Of a DNA stretch of 64,000 bases, positions 27,808 to 39,200 are shown piece after piece. The position numbers were made by a program, and so were the translations under genes. The notes under the pieces were generated by a model that did no database searches, had not been told where the DNA came from, and saw only the letters and a list, made by a program, of their open reading frames with translations. Source of the DNA: Hyphochytrium catenoides (taxonomy: Eukaryota; Protista; Hyphochytriomycota); NCBI GenBank assembly GCA_900088475.1, contig FLMG01000460.1, forward strand, positions 1 through 64,000, read 5' to 3'. Each line of letters begins with the position of its first letter. Within the stretch, counting starts at the first letter, position 1.

Positions 27808-28119
27808 CCTATCAACCTCACCTCCCAGGCTGGACAGCACACGGTGCTGCTGCCTTACCGTTGACCCTCCAAGTGATGGCGGGAGATGCCTTCTACCTTA
27901 ATCTTAAGGTATAGAAACCTCATTCTGTGAAACTACCAGCAGTCACCGCTATCCCAGCGACCAGGTCAGCAAGTGACCTTTAGTCTGGCATCTGGGAGGT
28001 CATCGAGGCTCAAAAATTGCGAGTCAAGAAACTTCAGAACCAATTATCATTGCCAAAGGTAGACATCACTGCCACCCAGTAGATAGCCAGTAACGACTTT
28101 CGGGCCAACAAAATGTCGT

Positions 28120-28350
28120 CCCTGTACTAGTAGAAAGCTGTCATACAAGAGACATGTACGTCGATGTACACTTTGTTCCATCTCTATAACCCCACACAGG
28201 CAATAATTATACCAAGTACAAGTACGTACACTCTATGATCAGGACGATTCTTCAAATACTTGCTTGAAGGTGTGTCCTACGTGAAGTAGAGCTGTATAAT
28301 AATGATGGACAGCTCAGTCAGCTCTATACCTCGTCCTTGTACAAGTACAA
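28120..28350. promoter_or_regulatory. Intergenic GTAC/CAAGTAC motif cluster
   Basis: CAAGTAC at 28213, 28219 and 28342 plus several further GTAC sites, upstream of the PPR gene. Confidence 0.4.
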
Positions 28351-28958
28351 CTTCGAGGGGTCAACTCTTTGCCACAACTAGTTTCTGAGTATGATGTTGC
28401 GGCTAAAACTGTTGTTTTGAGTCTGTCTGTCTATGGAACAGAAGGAACAAACTTGTTGCGTTGAGTGCTCAGAACTCCTCGGCTTTTATAACCTCCAAAA
28501 AATCGTCTGGATAAACAATCTGCAGAATCCACCATGCCAGAAGGAGTGATTTTATTGCGAGAACCGCAATAGAAATCTCTAGTTCTACTATCTATTTCGT
28601 CTTCTGCTGTTCCCAATGATTTTGTCCTGGGCTCAACCTTCATGACGCCGTGATCTCACCATCCCCTCAGCTCCGTAATCCTGCTGCCTTCTTCTCTTGA
28701 TGAGGTGAAGGTAAGCCAGAGTCTTTATATCCGTTTAGGTCGGTGTCGATAGATATTTGATAAATTATAAACCTAGGGGAACTGCTCCTTCTTTTTCCTA
28801 GAAATTATCAAGTTCTCTTCCGTGACCGCAAGACGCCAGAAAGAAGGCCACAAGAGCTTACTACAGAGCTCATAATAAAATCTGTTGAAATATCAGTTTT
28901 CGGCGCCGCGGCCAGTTGATATAGAAAACTTTGACGACTACTACTTCACTTGCTAGGG

Positions 28959-30929
28959 TTAATAACCGTCATGTGAAGAAGCGTGCCCCGACGTGCTGGT
29001 AAGGGTGTCGGACACACCCTGAATGCCAGCTGTTGTTGACTTTTGGATACCATTTTCGCCGTTATTCATGGAGGGACCCCTGAAAGCCTTTGCCTCAGCA
29101 GGCGACTTAAGCAGAGAATTGACGCCCTGATTGGCTGTCATTGTGGCAGCGGCCCCTGCTGCGTCTCTTGCCGGTTGATTAGGATGAGCGAGAGTTGAAA
29201 CTAAGGTATCAGACGACCGTAACCCAAGGCCTTGGCTGCTGACTTGAGACTCCTCCTCGTCGTCACAGTCTTCTGCTTCCTCATCCTCGCTGTCGTCGCA
29301 ATCTTCTGTTTCTTCCTCAACCTTCTCGTCGTCCTCGCAGTCTTCCGTTTCTTCATCCTGCTGGTTCTCACGGTCTTCCGTCTCTTCATCCTGCTCGTTC
29401 TCACAGTCTTCATCCTGCTCGTTCTCATAGTCCTCGTCCGAGTCCACTTGTGCCTGCTGCAGCTCCGCCTCGTCCTCCTCTTCACAATCCTCAACTAATG
29501 GTGGTGACGTCCCGGTCACAGTCTCACCAGCTTCGTAGATAGGAGTTGGTGCTTTCGGAGGTGAAGGCTGTCCGTCACCGATGTTTGAACCAGGTGTAGG
29601 AGTTGGTGCTTCCGGAGGTGAAGAATGTCCATTGCCGCTGTTTGTACCAGGTGCGGGACTGGGTGGTGCCGCAGGTGGAGAGTATCCGTCACCACTGATT
29701 GCACCAGGTGCAGGACTGGGTGGTGCCGGATGTGAAGAATGTCCGTTGCCGCCGCTGTTTGTACCAGGTGTAGGAGTTGGTGCTTCCGGAGGTGAAGAAC
29801 GTGCATTGCCGCTGTTTGTACCAGGTGTAGGAGTTGGTGCTTCCGAAGGTGAAGAACGTGCATTGCCGCTGTTTGTACCAGGTGTAGGAGTTGGTGCTTC
29901 CGGAGGTGAAGAACGTCCATTGCCGCTGTTTGTACCAGGTGCAGGACTGGGTGCCGCCGCAGGCGATGAGTATCCGTCACCGCTGATTGTATCAGGTGCA
30001 GGACTGGGTGGTGCGGGAGGTGAAGCATGTCCGTTGCCGCTGTTTGTACCAGGTGCAGAACTGGGTTGTGCCGGAGGTGAAGAACGTCCGTTGTCGCTGT
30101 TTGTACCAGGTGCAGGACTGGGTGCTGCTGGAGGTGAAAGATTTTCGTAGGTTGGCCGTTGTGCCCCAGTATCTTCTTGTGGACCCGGACTGTTGATTTG
30201 CCCACCAATGGGAGCTAGTTGGTCCCAATTAGGTGGGCTCTGTGCAGCTTCTTTTTCTGCTGTACCTGGGACCCAAGGTACGACAGCCTCCACCCCGGTA
30301 GAAGAACTTGGAAGGGGAGTGGGTGCAAGGGCGATGACCATGGGTGATGGTGGCATAATTTTCCCGTCATCTGTTACGTCATCTGCATCTGGCACTTTGA
30401 TGGGATTGCTAGAGCCTGGTCGCAGGTTGTTCCCACTGGAGCTTGGAGTGGGTGCCGAGTTGTGTGGGACCGGCACTGGGACGGGGGTACTGCCTCCTCC
30501 TCCAGATCCGGGTATACTTTCCTCTGGATATGCAGACCCCCCGTCACGGGTGCTTGGAACGTCTGGGGTTTCTGGACTAGAGGAGCTCTCCAAACTGATT
30601 TCAGGGGAGGAACTCTCAGCGCCAATACCCGAAGGCGGTATAATAGAAGAGCTAATTTCACTCGAGGCGGGACCACCACTTTTCAATACGCATCCCGGCA
30701 CACCGCTTCTGACTATGCCACAGCTCGAGCCATGAGGGAGGCCTTCCTGTGGTCCTGGGCAGTTGCCATTAGGCATCCCACCTACACATATAGGAACCGT
30801 TGCACAGAACGTCCCGACACCTTCAACAGAAACCTCAAGCTGTCCCGCCACGCAGTCAAGGCGGCTGGCCTGCCCTAAAGGGATAGTAGACGCTAGCCCC
30901 ACAAGGGTAAGGAACTGAATTATCTTCAT
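28959..30929 (-). CDS. Secreted mucin-like protein with an oomycete-type Cys-rich N-terminal module, Pro/Ser/Gly repeats and an acidic region
   Basis: 656-aa intronless ORF. Signal peptide MKIIQFLTLVGLASTIPLGQA; module VSVEGVGTFC...PIC...GNCPGPQEGLPHGSSCGIVRSGVPGCV; tandem repeats; no TM segment. Confidence 0.9.
   Translation of the reverse strand: MKIIQFLTLVGLASTIPLGQASRLDCVAGQLEVSVEGVGTFCATVPICVGGMPNGNCPGPQEGLPHGSSCGIVRSGVPGCVLKSGGPASSEISSSIIPPSGIGAESSSPEISLESSSSPETPDVPSTRDGGSAYPEESIPGSGGGGSTPVPVPVPHNSAPTPSSSGNNLRPGSSNPIKVPDADDVTDDGKIMPPSPMVIALAPTPLPSSSTGVEAVVPWVPGTAEKEAAQSPPNWDQLAPIGGQINSPGPQEDTGAQRPTYENLSPPAAPSPAPGTNSDNGRSSPPAQPSSAPGTNSGNGHASPPAPPSPAPDTISGDGYSSPAAAPSPAPGTNSGNGRSSPPEAPTPTPGTNSGNARSSPSEAPTPTPGTNSGNARSSPPEAPTPTPGTNSGGNGHSSHPAPPSPAPGAISGDGYSPPAAPPSPAPGTNSGNGHSSPPEAPTPTPGSNIGDGQPSPPKAPTPIYEAGETVTGTSPPLVEDCEEEDEAELQQAQVDSDEDYENEQDEDCENEQDEETEDRENQQDEETEDCEDDEKVEEETEDCDDSEDEEAEDCDDEEESQVSSQGLGLRSSDTLVSTLAHPNQPARDAAGAAATMTANQGVNSLLKSPAEAKAFRGPSMNNGENGIQKSTTAGIQGVSDTLTSTSGHASSHDGY
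29540..30140 (-). repeat. Coding tandem repeat, 60-63-bp unit, about 10 copies (SSPPEAPTPTPGTNSGNGH-like)
   Basis: Recurrent GTTTGTACCAGGTG at ~60-nt spacing, directly visible. Confidence 0.95.
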
Positions 30930-31934
30930 GTTTCAGTCCTAAAAAAAACAGAACAGAGTTAACCGGCGCGGCAATTCGCCGAATGCAGGATCCTGCCGCA
31001 GCTGATGACGCCAACTGGGAATTGTCGATATGGCTCCTGAGGATCCCAGGCTTGAAGCTTTTTTTGCTTATGACCCCGAAGAAGGAAAAAGGGTTGAAAG
31101 AGACACCATAGACACAAGCCGTAGAATTAGTATTGAACATAATAAGAGCTGTTCTAACACTCTCGTACACTACTAAGCATGAGGCTGATATCGGTGATCA
31201 GATGTGAACAAAAGTGTCAAAGCTCAAAGTTAGCCGCTTTATTGTAGAGCTTTATTAGTAGAACTATCCGCTTAGCCTTGTGAGTAGGGAGTAGTCTAGT
31301 GTTGTCCCGGACAGTGCATGCATTCCCTCATCCCACGTTTCTTTCGAAAAGAACGGGTTCATTCATTATAGACAAAAAACTGTAGGGGTGTGTCCATGAG
31401 ACAGTAGTGTCGTAGATATTGTGAGTACATTACGTATAGTGAGCACCCATGGTCCCATCATCACCCATCACTAGTGTCATGAACCTTCTCAGACTTCTTA
31501 TTCCTTTTTTTTGAAAGGATACCGCTGAAGCCGCCACTAAGTAGATCTACTCTCCCACTGCTGAGATCTACCACAATGTATGCGGTGACTGGGGACAAAA
31601 AGGATAGGAATCACGTGATCTAGTGAGCGGCCCGAGAACTAGAGAGAGGTGTCCGGTCCAGACCTGCTGGTACGCGCCAAACTGTGTCGGATGGGCTCAA
31701 TGTTTCCGTCCTCCAAAGTCGCTCTTTCTCTTGCAAATGCCTTAGCCTGTCTCTTTGTCTCAACCTCGTCTGTCGATAGGAAATGCTATTGCCAGGACCT
31801 AGAACGGGCTATAGAATCATATGGCTCGGATTCCATTATCAGGCACTAGCAATATCTCCGGCCAATCCCCAGCGTCCTTGAGAGATGAGACTTCAAGAAC
31901 TGGGGGAACAGGAGGTTGTCTAAGAGAAGCTCCC

Positions 31935-32210
31935 AATTACAAGTACCCGTGTACACAAGTCTGAGTACAAGTCCAGAGCATTAGAATTGATATCTTTGAA
32001 GTACTGTTTTACTCGCTGCTGTACTTGTTCTATTCAAGTCGTGGCCCATGGGTAAATTTTTATAAATAACTAAATAACGGTACCTGCAGAATTGGTGGAT
32101 AAAAAGTTAATACACCAAGTACATAATAGTACATAGTTCTAATTCTGCTAGCACAAGTACTGTTTTACTTGTCAAGGCACTCCTACGAGGACCTGTCAGT
32201 ACTTGAGAAA
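31935..32210. promoter_or_regulatory. Intergenic CAAGTAC cluster with a 15-bp direct repeat AAGTACTGTTTTACT
   Basis: Direct repeat at 31999-32013 and 32155-32169. CAAGTAC/GTACTTG at 31940, 32021, 32116, 32154 and 32199. Confidence 0.45.
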
Positions 32211-32543
32211 ATCCATACATGCCAAGGTTCTCCACCAGCTGCCTCCAGTCCTGCTCATGGCTCATGGCTCTTGGCACCGGCACCACAGCGCAGCTTTCTT
32301 GGTGCCCTCGTTGGGTCGGGAGACAGGACTAGTTCTTAGCTTTGAGATGCCTTCATTCATTAGATAACAGGTCTCACTCACTACTCCTGCTACGCTAAGA
32401 ACCCGAGGCGTTCAGTATGCAGACCGACGGTCTGAGCTTTGGGGTATCCTGCATTGTGAAGCTATCATTGCAACTCTATGAAGCGTGATGGGTTGCTCCT
32501 TTCTCTCTTGAATCTTCGAAGATCCATTAGGTCTACATCAGAC

Positions 32544-33140
32544 CTATAATTTGTCTCGAGCAGCCAGAAAGCGAAAGCGGCATGCCAGATCTCTCTGCCT
32601 TCTCTTTTCTCTCAGCTTGTCCTGGTGTTCTTGAGCAGCAGCACCCAGTCCGGTATTGCAGAACGTTAAAGTCATTTGTAGAAATTGTACCTCGTGCTGG
32701 AACCTAAACACTAAGCTTTCGTCGATATCTCTGTTCGCCAAGGGCGGCAGAAGCATCTTTGTATCCATACAAGTAGGAAACGCAGCGGTGAAGCATGTTG
32801 GTTGTCAGCGATTCGTCCTGTATTTCTGTATTAGCTAGCTCAAGACGAGGGGAAGCAGGTGATAACGTAATGGGTGGTTGTGAAATTGTGGAGTCCAGGT
32901 GCAAAGCCGTTTCCCCTTCAACACTGCAAGTACAGCTTAGAGAACTGTGGTCGCTCTTCGCTCTATTCCCAAAAGAAGCTTGACGTGAGGGTGACATCGC
33001 TAATGAGATGCAAGAGCCCAGTTCACTGTGGTGAACTACATCATACCAGTCTCAGGATGTGGCTATTAGTGCTGTCTACTGCAGTTGGATTGGAATTGGA
33101 GCAGTCGTTGTTGTCTATAAGGGTTATGCTGGCCAGCCAA
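32544..33140 (-). pseudogene. Decayed ankyrin-repeat gene fragment
   Basis: GETALHL, then ANTEIQDESLTTNMLHRCVSY, then after a frameshift KMLLPPLANRDID resemble consecutive ankyrin repeats broken by indels. Confidence 0.4.
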
Positions 33141-33204
33141 CGCTCAAGGGACATATTCAGCGTCGGTGCACTAGGGATCCTTAGTAGGCACGATGTCAGG
33201 TCAT

Positions 33205-36200
33205 TTAATGTCCTACTTGATCTCCTAGCACAATATGAGTCCCGACTGCCCTTGGGACGGTCTCGTCCTCCTCTTTGGCACCGCCAGACGCTTCCCCTTC
33301 TCTAAGCAATTCCTCATACAGCTTCTTAGCTGGTGTTCCGAGACCCCTGCGGATCCACCTAAAATAACAGTGCAAAGGGTTACTAATATGGCATAACGCA
33401 GAGTACGAAAAACGGGATTATATGAGTATACCGCCGTCTTCTGCAGAGCTTCAGCTTCCTCAGGCCATCCTTGTCATTAATCTCCCCTTTCCTCGCCGTC
33501 GCGCTTTTGAAGTGCTTTATCTTGAAAGTTCTGGACATGGACAGGAAGGAGTAGTTGTACTCCCAACCCTCTGCGTCGCAGTTCGGAACAGACATGTCAA
33601 CTTCCCAGTCCGCTAAGTCAAAGTTAAACGCTCCTTCCGTTCGGGACATCGTGCTAAACTTAAGAGGGTCTTGAGGGAAAAGATGGGCTCGCGTAGATCC
33701 AAACCCTGATATCAGATTGTTCCTACAAAAAATGCAGCAAGATGCAGTATGAGGTGAGTAGGGTAGAGGTACAAAGAGCTGCAGCTAGGAACGTTGGGCT
33801 AAAGGGACATGGGACTTTGAAGACATGAGCGTGTCAACAACGTAAAAATACCGAGCACAATAAGCCCCAGCCGAGTCAAAGCTGTCAATATAACTTCGAT
33901 GAGATGTAGGGTTCACCTTTGGTTCTCCCAAACCTCAGCCTGCGCCGGCGGAAGAGAACTTATCAGTTCTCGAAACTTCAGGTCCCGCTTAGCTCTAGCC
34001 TTCGCAGATACTAGCTCAGAAGGGACCTCCACCAACCGCTTTAATGCCTTTAAATTGTGGTCAGCACTGGAGAAGGCGAAGCCTGTGGTGCAGCAGACAA
34101 GTTGTGGTTAGGAATGACGCAGATGTAGATGATTCACTCTCAACGTGAGATATCATGAAGGACCAAGTCACGAAATCTATGTGGGGCATGAACAAAGGAA
34201 ACAGAGATCGTAGATAATACACAGGGACATGGGGTACAGAGGCTCATAGATGCACGTTGCAGTCCACACAAAGATTGATGCCAGCAGAATGTGTACGAAT
34301 TCGGGCCCCAATCGCTGCAGCTCAATCGATGCAGTCACATTGGGCTATTCCTAACCTTTATGCTGTGCACCAGCGTGCTCCTTGATGTCAATATCAAAGT
34401 CATGATCGTCATCTTCATACGCCTCCTCAAGTGACCTGTGCCGAGGGAGAAACTGTTAGCAACTAGTTCCGAATCAAAGAGGCCACGGACTCCTCGCACT
34501 CTCCCGATTCAAGCTGGAGTGCCTCCTCTCTCACTTTTGGCGCTTGGCGTACTTGCCTGAGTTCATTTGCTCTACATAACTCTACCCCGCACCACCTCTC
34601 TCTTCGCGGTCACGTATACGCGAAACTCTGTGGTTCTCTTTCTCTCAACTACTCTCCAAAACTAAACTCCCTGTTCACGGTGTCAACTCTAGGCTGCTTG
34701 AAACTTACCTATCCGCCACGAAGAAGGTAGTTTGCTCCACGGGTGGATTCCAGTCCAGGTTTGAGGTGTCAACCTTGTACCAAAAGGCCTCTCGAATCAA
34801 ATGATAATATTCGGGGTAGAACTGTTGGTAGACTTCAGTCGGGACATGGCAGTCAGCGAGACCTAAGGGATGGTCTATTTACCTCTCTTTTCCATCCTTT
34901 CCAGTAGATATCTCTAGCCAGGGCCATAACGGAGGTTACTATCACCACGATATAGAACATCGGAATCTCGTAAAGATATGGGAAAGCCCAATCCATGACC
35001 GAAGGCATTCCAGCATAGTTGAATGCTATAGCGCTTAAGCCATATACTATCAATGACAGCCATACAGCTAAATGTAGAGGCCAATCAAAGGTAGCTGCAT
35101 TGAAGATGAGCTTTAAACTGGACACCACCATCATTGCTGTCCTGTGTCGGTTGTGGAAGATTAAGCGATGACTATCATAGAGAGTAGCGGCATAACTTGC
35201 TAATATTACCAGGAGACAGCACCACAGTCCCAGAAGCCATAGAATGCACCGTTATGGTCGAAGCGGCCGTAGAACCACAGGGGGACAAAGACGCAGATAA
35301 CTCCTTCGAAAAGTGCTTCGGCAAACCTGGAATACTCCTGTTATTGAGAAGAAAGGCTAGGGTACTGAATCAAGAGTGAGAAAGCGTCACCCTGGATCGC
35401 AGTTACGGCCCAAGAAGGGACTGAAGAAGCTGAGGAATGAATGAATACACCAAGCCTCAGATCGTACTCGAGAGGACGGATTAAGAGCATTGGCCCGAGC
35501 CGGCGATGCAAAGAGAGACAACAAGCTCCCTTCAAAGTAGAGACAGCCACACCTATGTAAGGTGGCAATGAACTGGACACAGAGTGACGAGGTTCCCTGA
35601 AAACCATTGAGAAAAGGATATACAGGCAGACTCAAGGAAAGCCGAGAGGGAGTGGTACAAAGGCACAGACGACCAGAATATAGCCCACCATGCCCAGAAC
35701 ACGCCAGTACTGAAAAGCTCATTTTTCCATCCTGCTCTGTAGATTGCCGGATAACGTTCAGCCATCACGTCGGGAACCTCCTGATCCAAAATGGAGACGG
35801 CGACGATGGGAACTGCTGTGTACAATGTGTTATAGCTGCATGACAGAATGCGGTAAGGCTAGATCGTGGATCATAGCGTAGACCTCACTAGATAGAATAT
35901 GCTTTTAAGGTACAAACAAATGAGGGCGGATGCCATAAGGGAAAAGCTAGATTGAGGAGGAGAACACGGGCTGGGGCATGACAACAGGCACAGAAAAAAA
36001 GTGCCGGCTGCCAAGAGAAGCATGCTTTTGCCAAGTCAGCGACTTACAGGTTGATCCATGCATTGTTATAGAAGCGGCTGCCAGACAACGCCGCGTACAT
36101 CGCATAGAGATAGAGACACCACTGAAAGAGTACGTTCTTGTATATGATGTAGAGACAGGTCTTGGACATCCGAAAGTAGCACCAATGACCATGTACAAGG

Positions 36201-39200
36201 AGCAGGCGTTTGAGATAGGCAAACTGCGCTATGGCATAGTCGCTATTGTTCACGGCTTGAGCACCCTCTTGCCCTGATATGCCTATACCGACGTGGGCTT
36301 CCTGAATCATGCTAACATCGTTAGCGCCATCTCCAATAGCTAGCGTCCGAACATCCAGAATGTTGTCCTTCACTAGCGCGACCATCTGGGCCTTCTGCTT
36401 GGGGCTCACACGGCATCCCACCAGGGCCACACAGTGCTGAGCGAATTCCAGCAGAAGCTAGGAGGGGAGACCATAAATTAGCATAGCAACGCAGACCACT
36501 ACACCTTCTCTTGCTATTTTGTACATGACTACGGCAGCGGAGATGCAAGAAAGTGAAGGAGACAAGACTCATTTTCCCACCTGCTGAAGATACAAACTAT
36601 CAAAGATGAGTGAGAGCGAGGCTCCATCAATAATGAGGGCCTTAGGAGCAATTGCTGGCCTTTCTGCTGGGAGAAGATGGCCGTTCACCTCCCAGTACCC
36701 GGTCATTTCCTCCGCGTACGCCCTCAACGCCTTCTTAAGTGCACCCTTTGTTGGGAAGTTGCTGTTATTGATGATGATCCGGTCCATATCATTGCTCAGG
36801 AGTTGGCACGCGAAAGCGATGTTGATAGCTGTCTCTTCCTTGTCTCCAGTTAATACCCAGAGCTTGCAAGCGTTGCAGATAGCACAAGTAACAGGAGTAC
36901 ACAGCAGTGAAAGAACGGAGTGGGTCGCGGGTGATGAAACGAGGACGGGAAGAGAGCCATCAGCAACAGGTGAGAACTAAGGACGCTGTGCAGGGACAAC
37001 GCTGGAGGATGGTGGAATCAAACACAACAACGAATACGATTGAGTAAAGTTTCGCTTAGAGACCATCGTGAAGGGTGATAGAAGGCTACCTTGATCCCTG
37101 CCTTCATGAGATCGGATATGGTTTGAGGCACCCCGTCCTGGAGACGATCCTCGATAGCCGTGGCTCCTAAGAGCATGAGCCCTTGCTCAAGTCGATTCTC
37201 CAACCTATCAATCTTATTGTCCTCGCCTGAAAAACATACAGATATCAAGTTAGAGGCATCACCCGTGGTCTTCATCTTCTCAAGGCAATGTTGACAACTT
37301 TGAGGACAACGGATCTAAACAGGCTCAATCGAATGTGGGAAGCTTTAAACTCCATGTACCTAACCAGCCGATGTCGGGGTACCCTAAGCAGCTGGGCCAT
37401 ACCTCTTCCTCTCTTGTCCACTTCTTCCAAGTCCAAGAGAACAGCGTGATATTCCGTCGCCCATTCCTCGTATTCGTCCTCATCTAGCTCCCTGTAAGCC
37501 AGGACCAAGGTCCGCAGGCCGTCCAAAGCAAAGCGTTCAAGGTGCTCAACAGTGCTTTCAACGAGTTGTTCAGCATTTGTCTCTCGATTAATCCGCTGCA
37601 GCATCACGCTGTCCGCCCCCTTTGAATACAGGCGAAGAGAACCTATAAGAGAGATTGGAGATCGTAAGTGGAAGACATCACCTCCAGATAAGTGAAGGAC
37701 AGCTGAGGGTGGCCGCCTCGTTTCTGCTCACCATCAGCGAAGCGAATCACTGTCGACATCCGCTTCCTAGTACTATTGAACTCTATTACATCTAGCACTT
37801 CGAACTCTTGGATGCCTCCCTTTGTCTCCACAAATATCATTCCGGGACGCCGGTCTATGAACTTGTAGCCCAGGAAAGCGGCCCCTAAAAGCAAAGACCA
37901 TCGAGGTCATTAGTCTTCTATCGTTGAATAGGAAGGAAGAGAACAAAAGCAACCATGTCACTCAGACTGGCGGCTGTACAGCAGAAGAGCCCGTACAGTA
38001 GTACTATTGAGCACAGTGTACGGCCCTGAGGCAGTCGATCATCCACAAGTAGCGCCGACGAGAAGGAGCGGGAAGGATGAGATGCTGATAGCGATAACAA
38101 CCACAGAAATGGCACCTCCTGACAGAACTAAAGGGAGCTATTGATAGGATGAGGAGGAAGAGGAATCACACCAAGCCAAGATGGGCCCAGACCTGCAACT
38201 AGGGCTTGTTCGTCAGGTGAAGAGGCAGACCAAGTGACTTGTGTGCGGTCTTCACTGCCCTGATGGTGTTCGGGAATGACAGTGTGGCAGATAGAGAGAT
38301 GAAGGAGAAACTCCTCAATCTTGCTTGCATGGTCCTGTCCCCTTGCGCCCTAACCACGAGGTTATCGTAAGAAAGCTATGAGCATTAATCAATTGGTTAA
38401 ACTTCCGACACTGTGCTACCTCTCTGTCAAGTTTGAACTCATCGTCGGGATCTAAGAACTTCACATTTGGTGGTTGATCGACCTCGAGGCTATCCGCCTT
38501 GATATCTCTCAGAGAAGCCTGGGAAGGGCAGGAAAGACAGAGAGAGCAAATGATTGGATCCCATCCTTCTTGTCGCTTTCAATAGTGCCCCTGAGTACAT
38601 TGGAAGTATGGAACAAGTGGGCTGAATGTACAGCCAGAAGAAAGGCTACTATCTTCCGCTTTCTGCTCTCACCTGCTTGCCAGCCCTCTTTATGGCCACT
38701 CTTCCAATCTCCGTGGTTCCTTTCCCGTAAGCTACTCCGTTTATAGAAAATTTTCTAAAGTCCATTATATTAGCTGTCAGAGTCCCCGTCTTGTCAGAAA
38801 AGATATGTGAGATCTGCCCCAGCTGGTCATTTAGATCCGGATTACGTGCGTTAGCAGGCATGTCCGTCGGCTCATAGTACATCTTCAAATCGTTGGAGAT
38901 AAACCAGGCCTGCCACGTCTTAGTCACCGCTATACTTACGTATAGAGTGATGGGGACGAAGGAGGACGTGAGGCCCCAGAAGAAGAAGACGTAGATTATG
39001 AACCCTAAGGCGTTGTTGAAGAACGGGTAAGGGGGAGAGGTGTCCTGGAGTATGAGGTAGGTCGCTGTATCCAGGTTGGTGGCCACCCACCATGAGCACA
39101 GAGCGCCAGCCAGGAGACAGATTACAAGGAGAGTGAGAATGATGTACACTATCTTGCGATTGATAATCTCAGCAATCTGCCCTATCTTCTGTGGGGTTGG

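Noticed and set aside
29540-30140. CRISPR-like regular repeats
   Set aside because: Coding tandem repeats without unique spacers, in a eukaryotic context with no cas genes.
29201-30878. Several long overlapping ORFs on both strands
   Set aside because: Stop-free by-products of the mucin's tandem repeats; only the 656-aa frame has a signal peptide and a domain.
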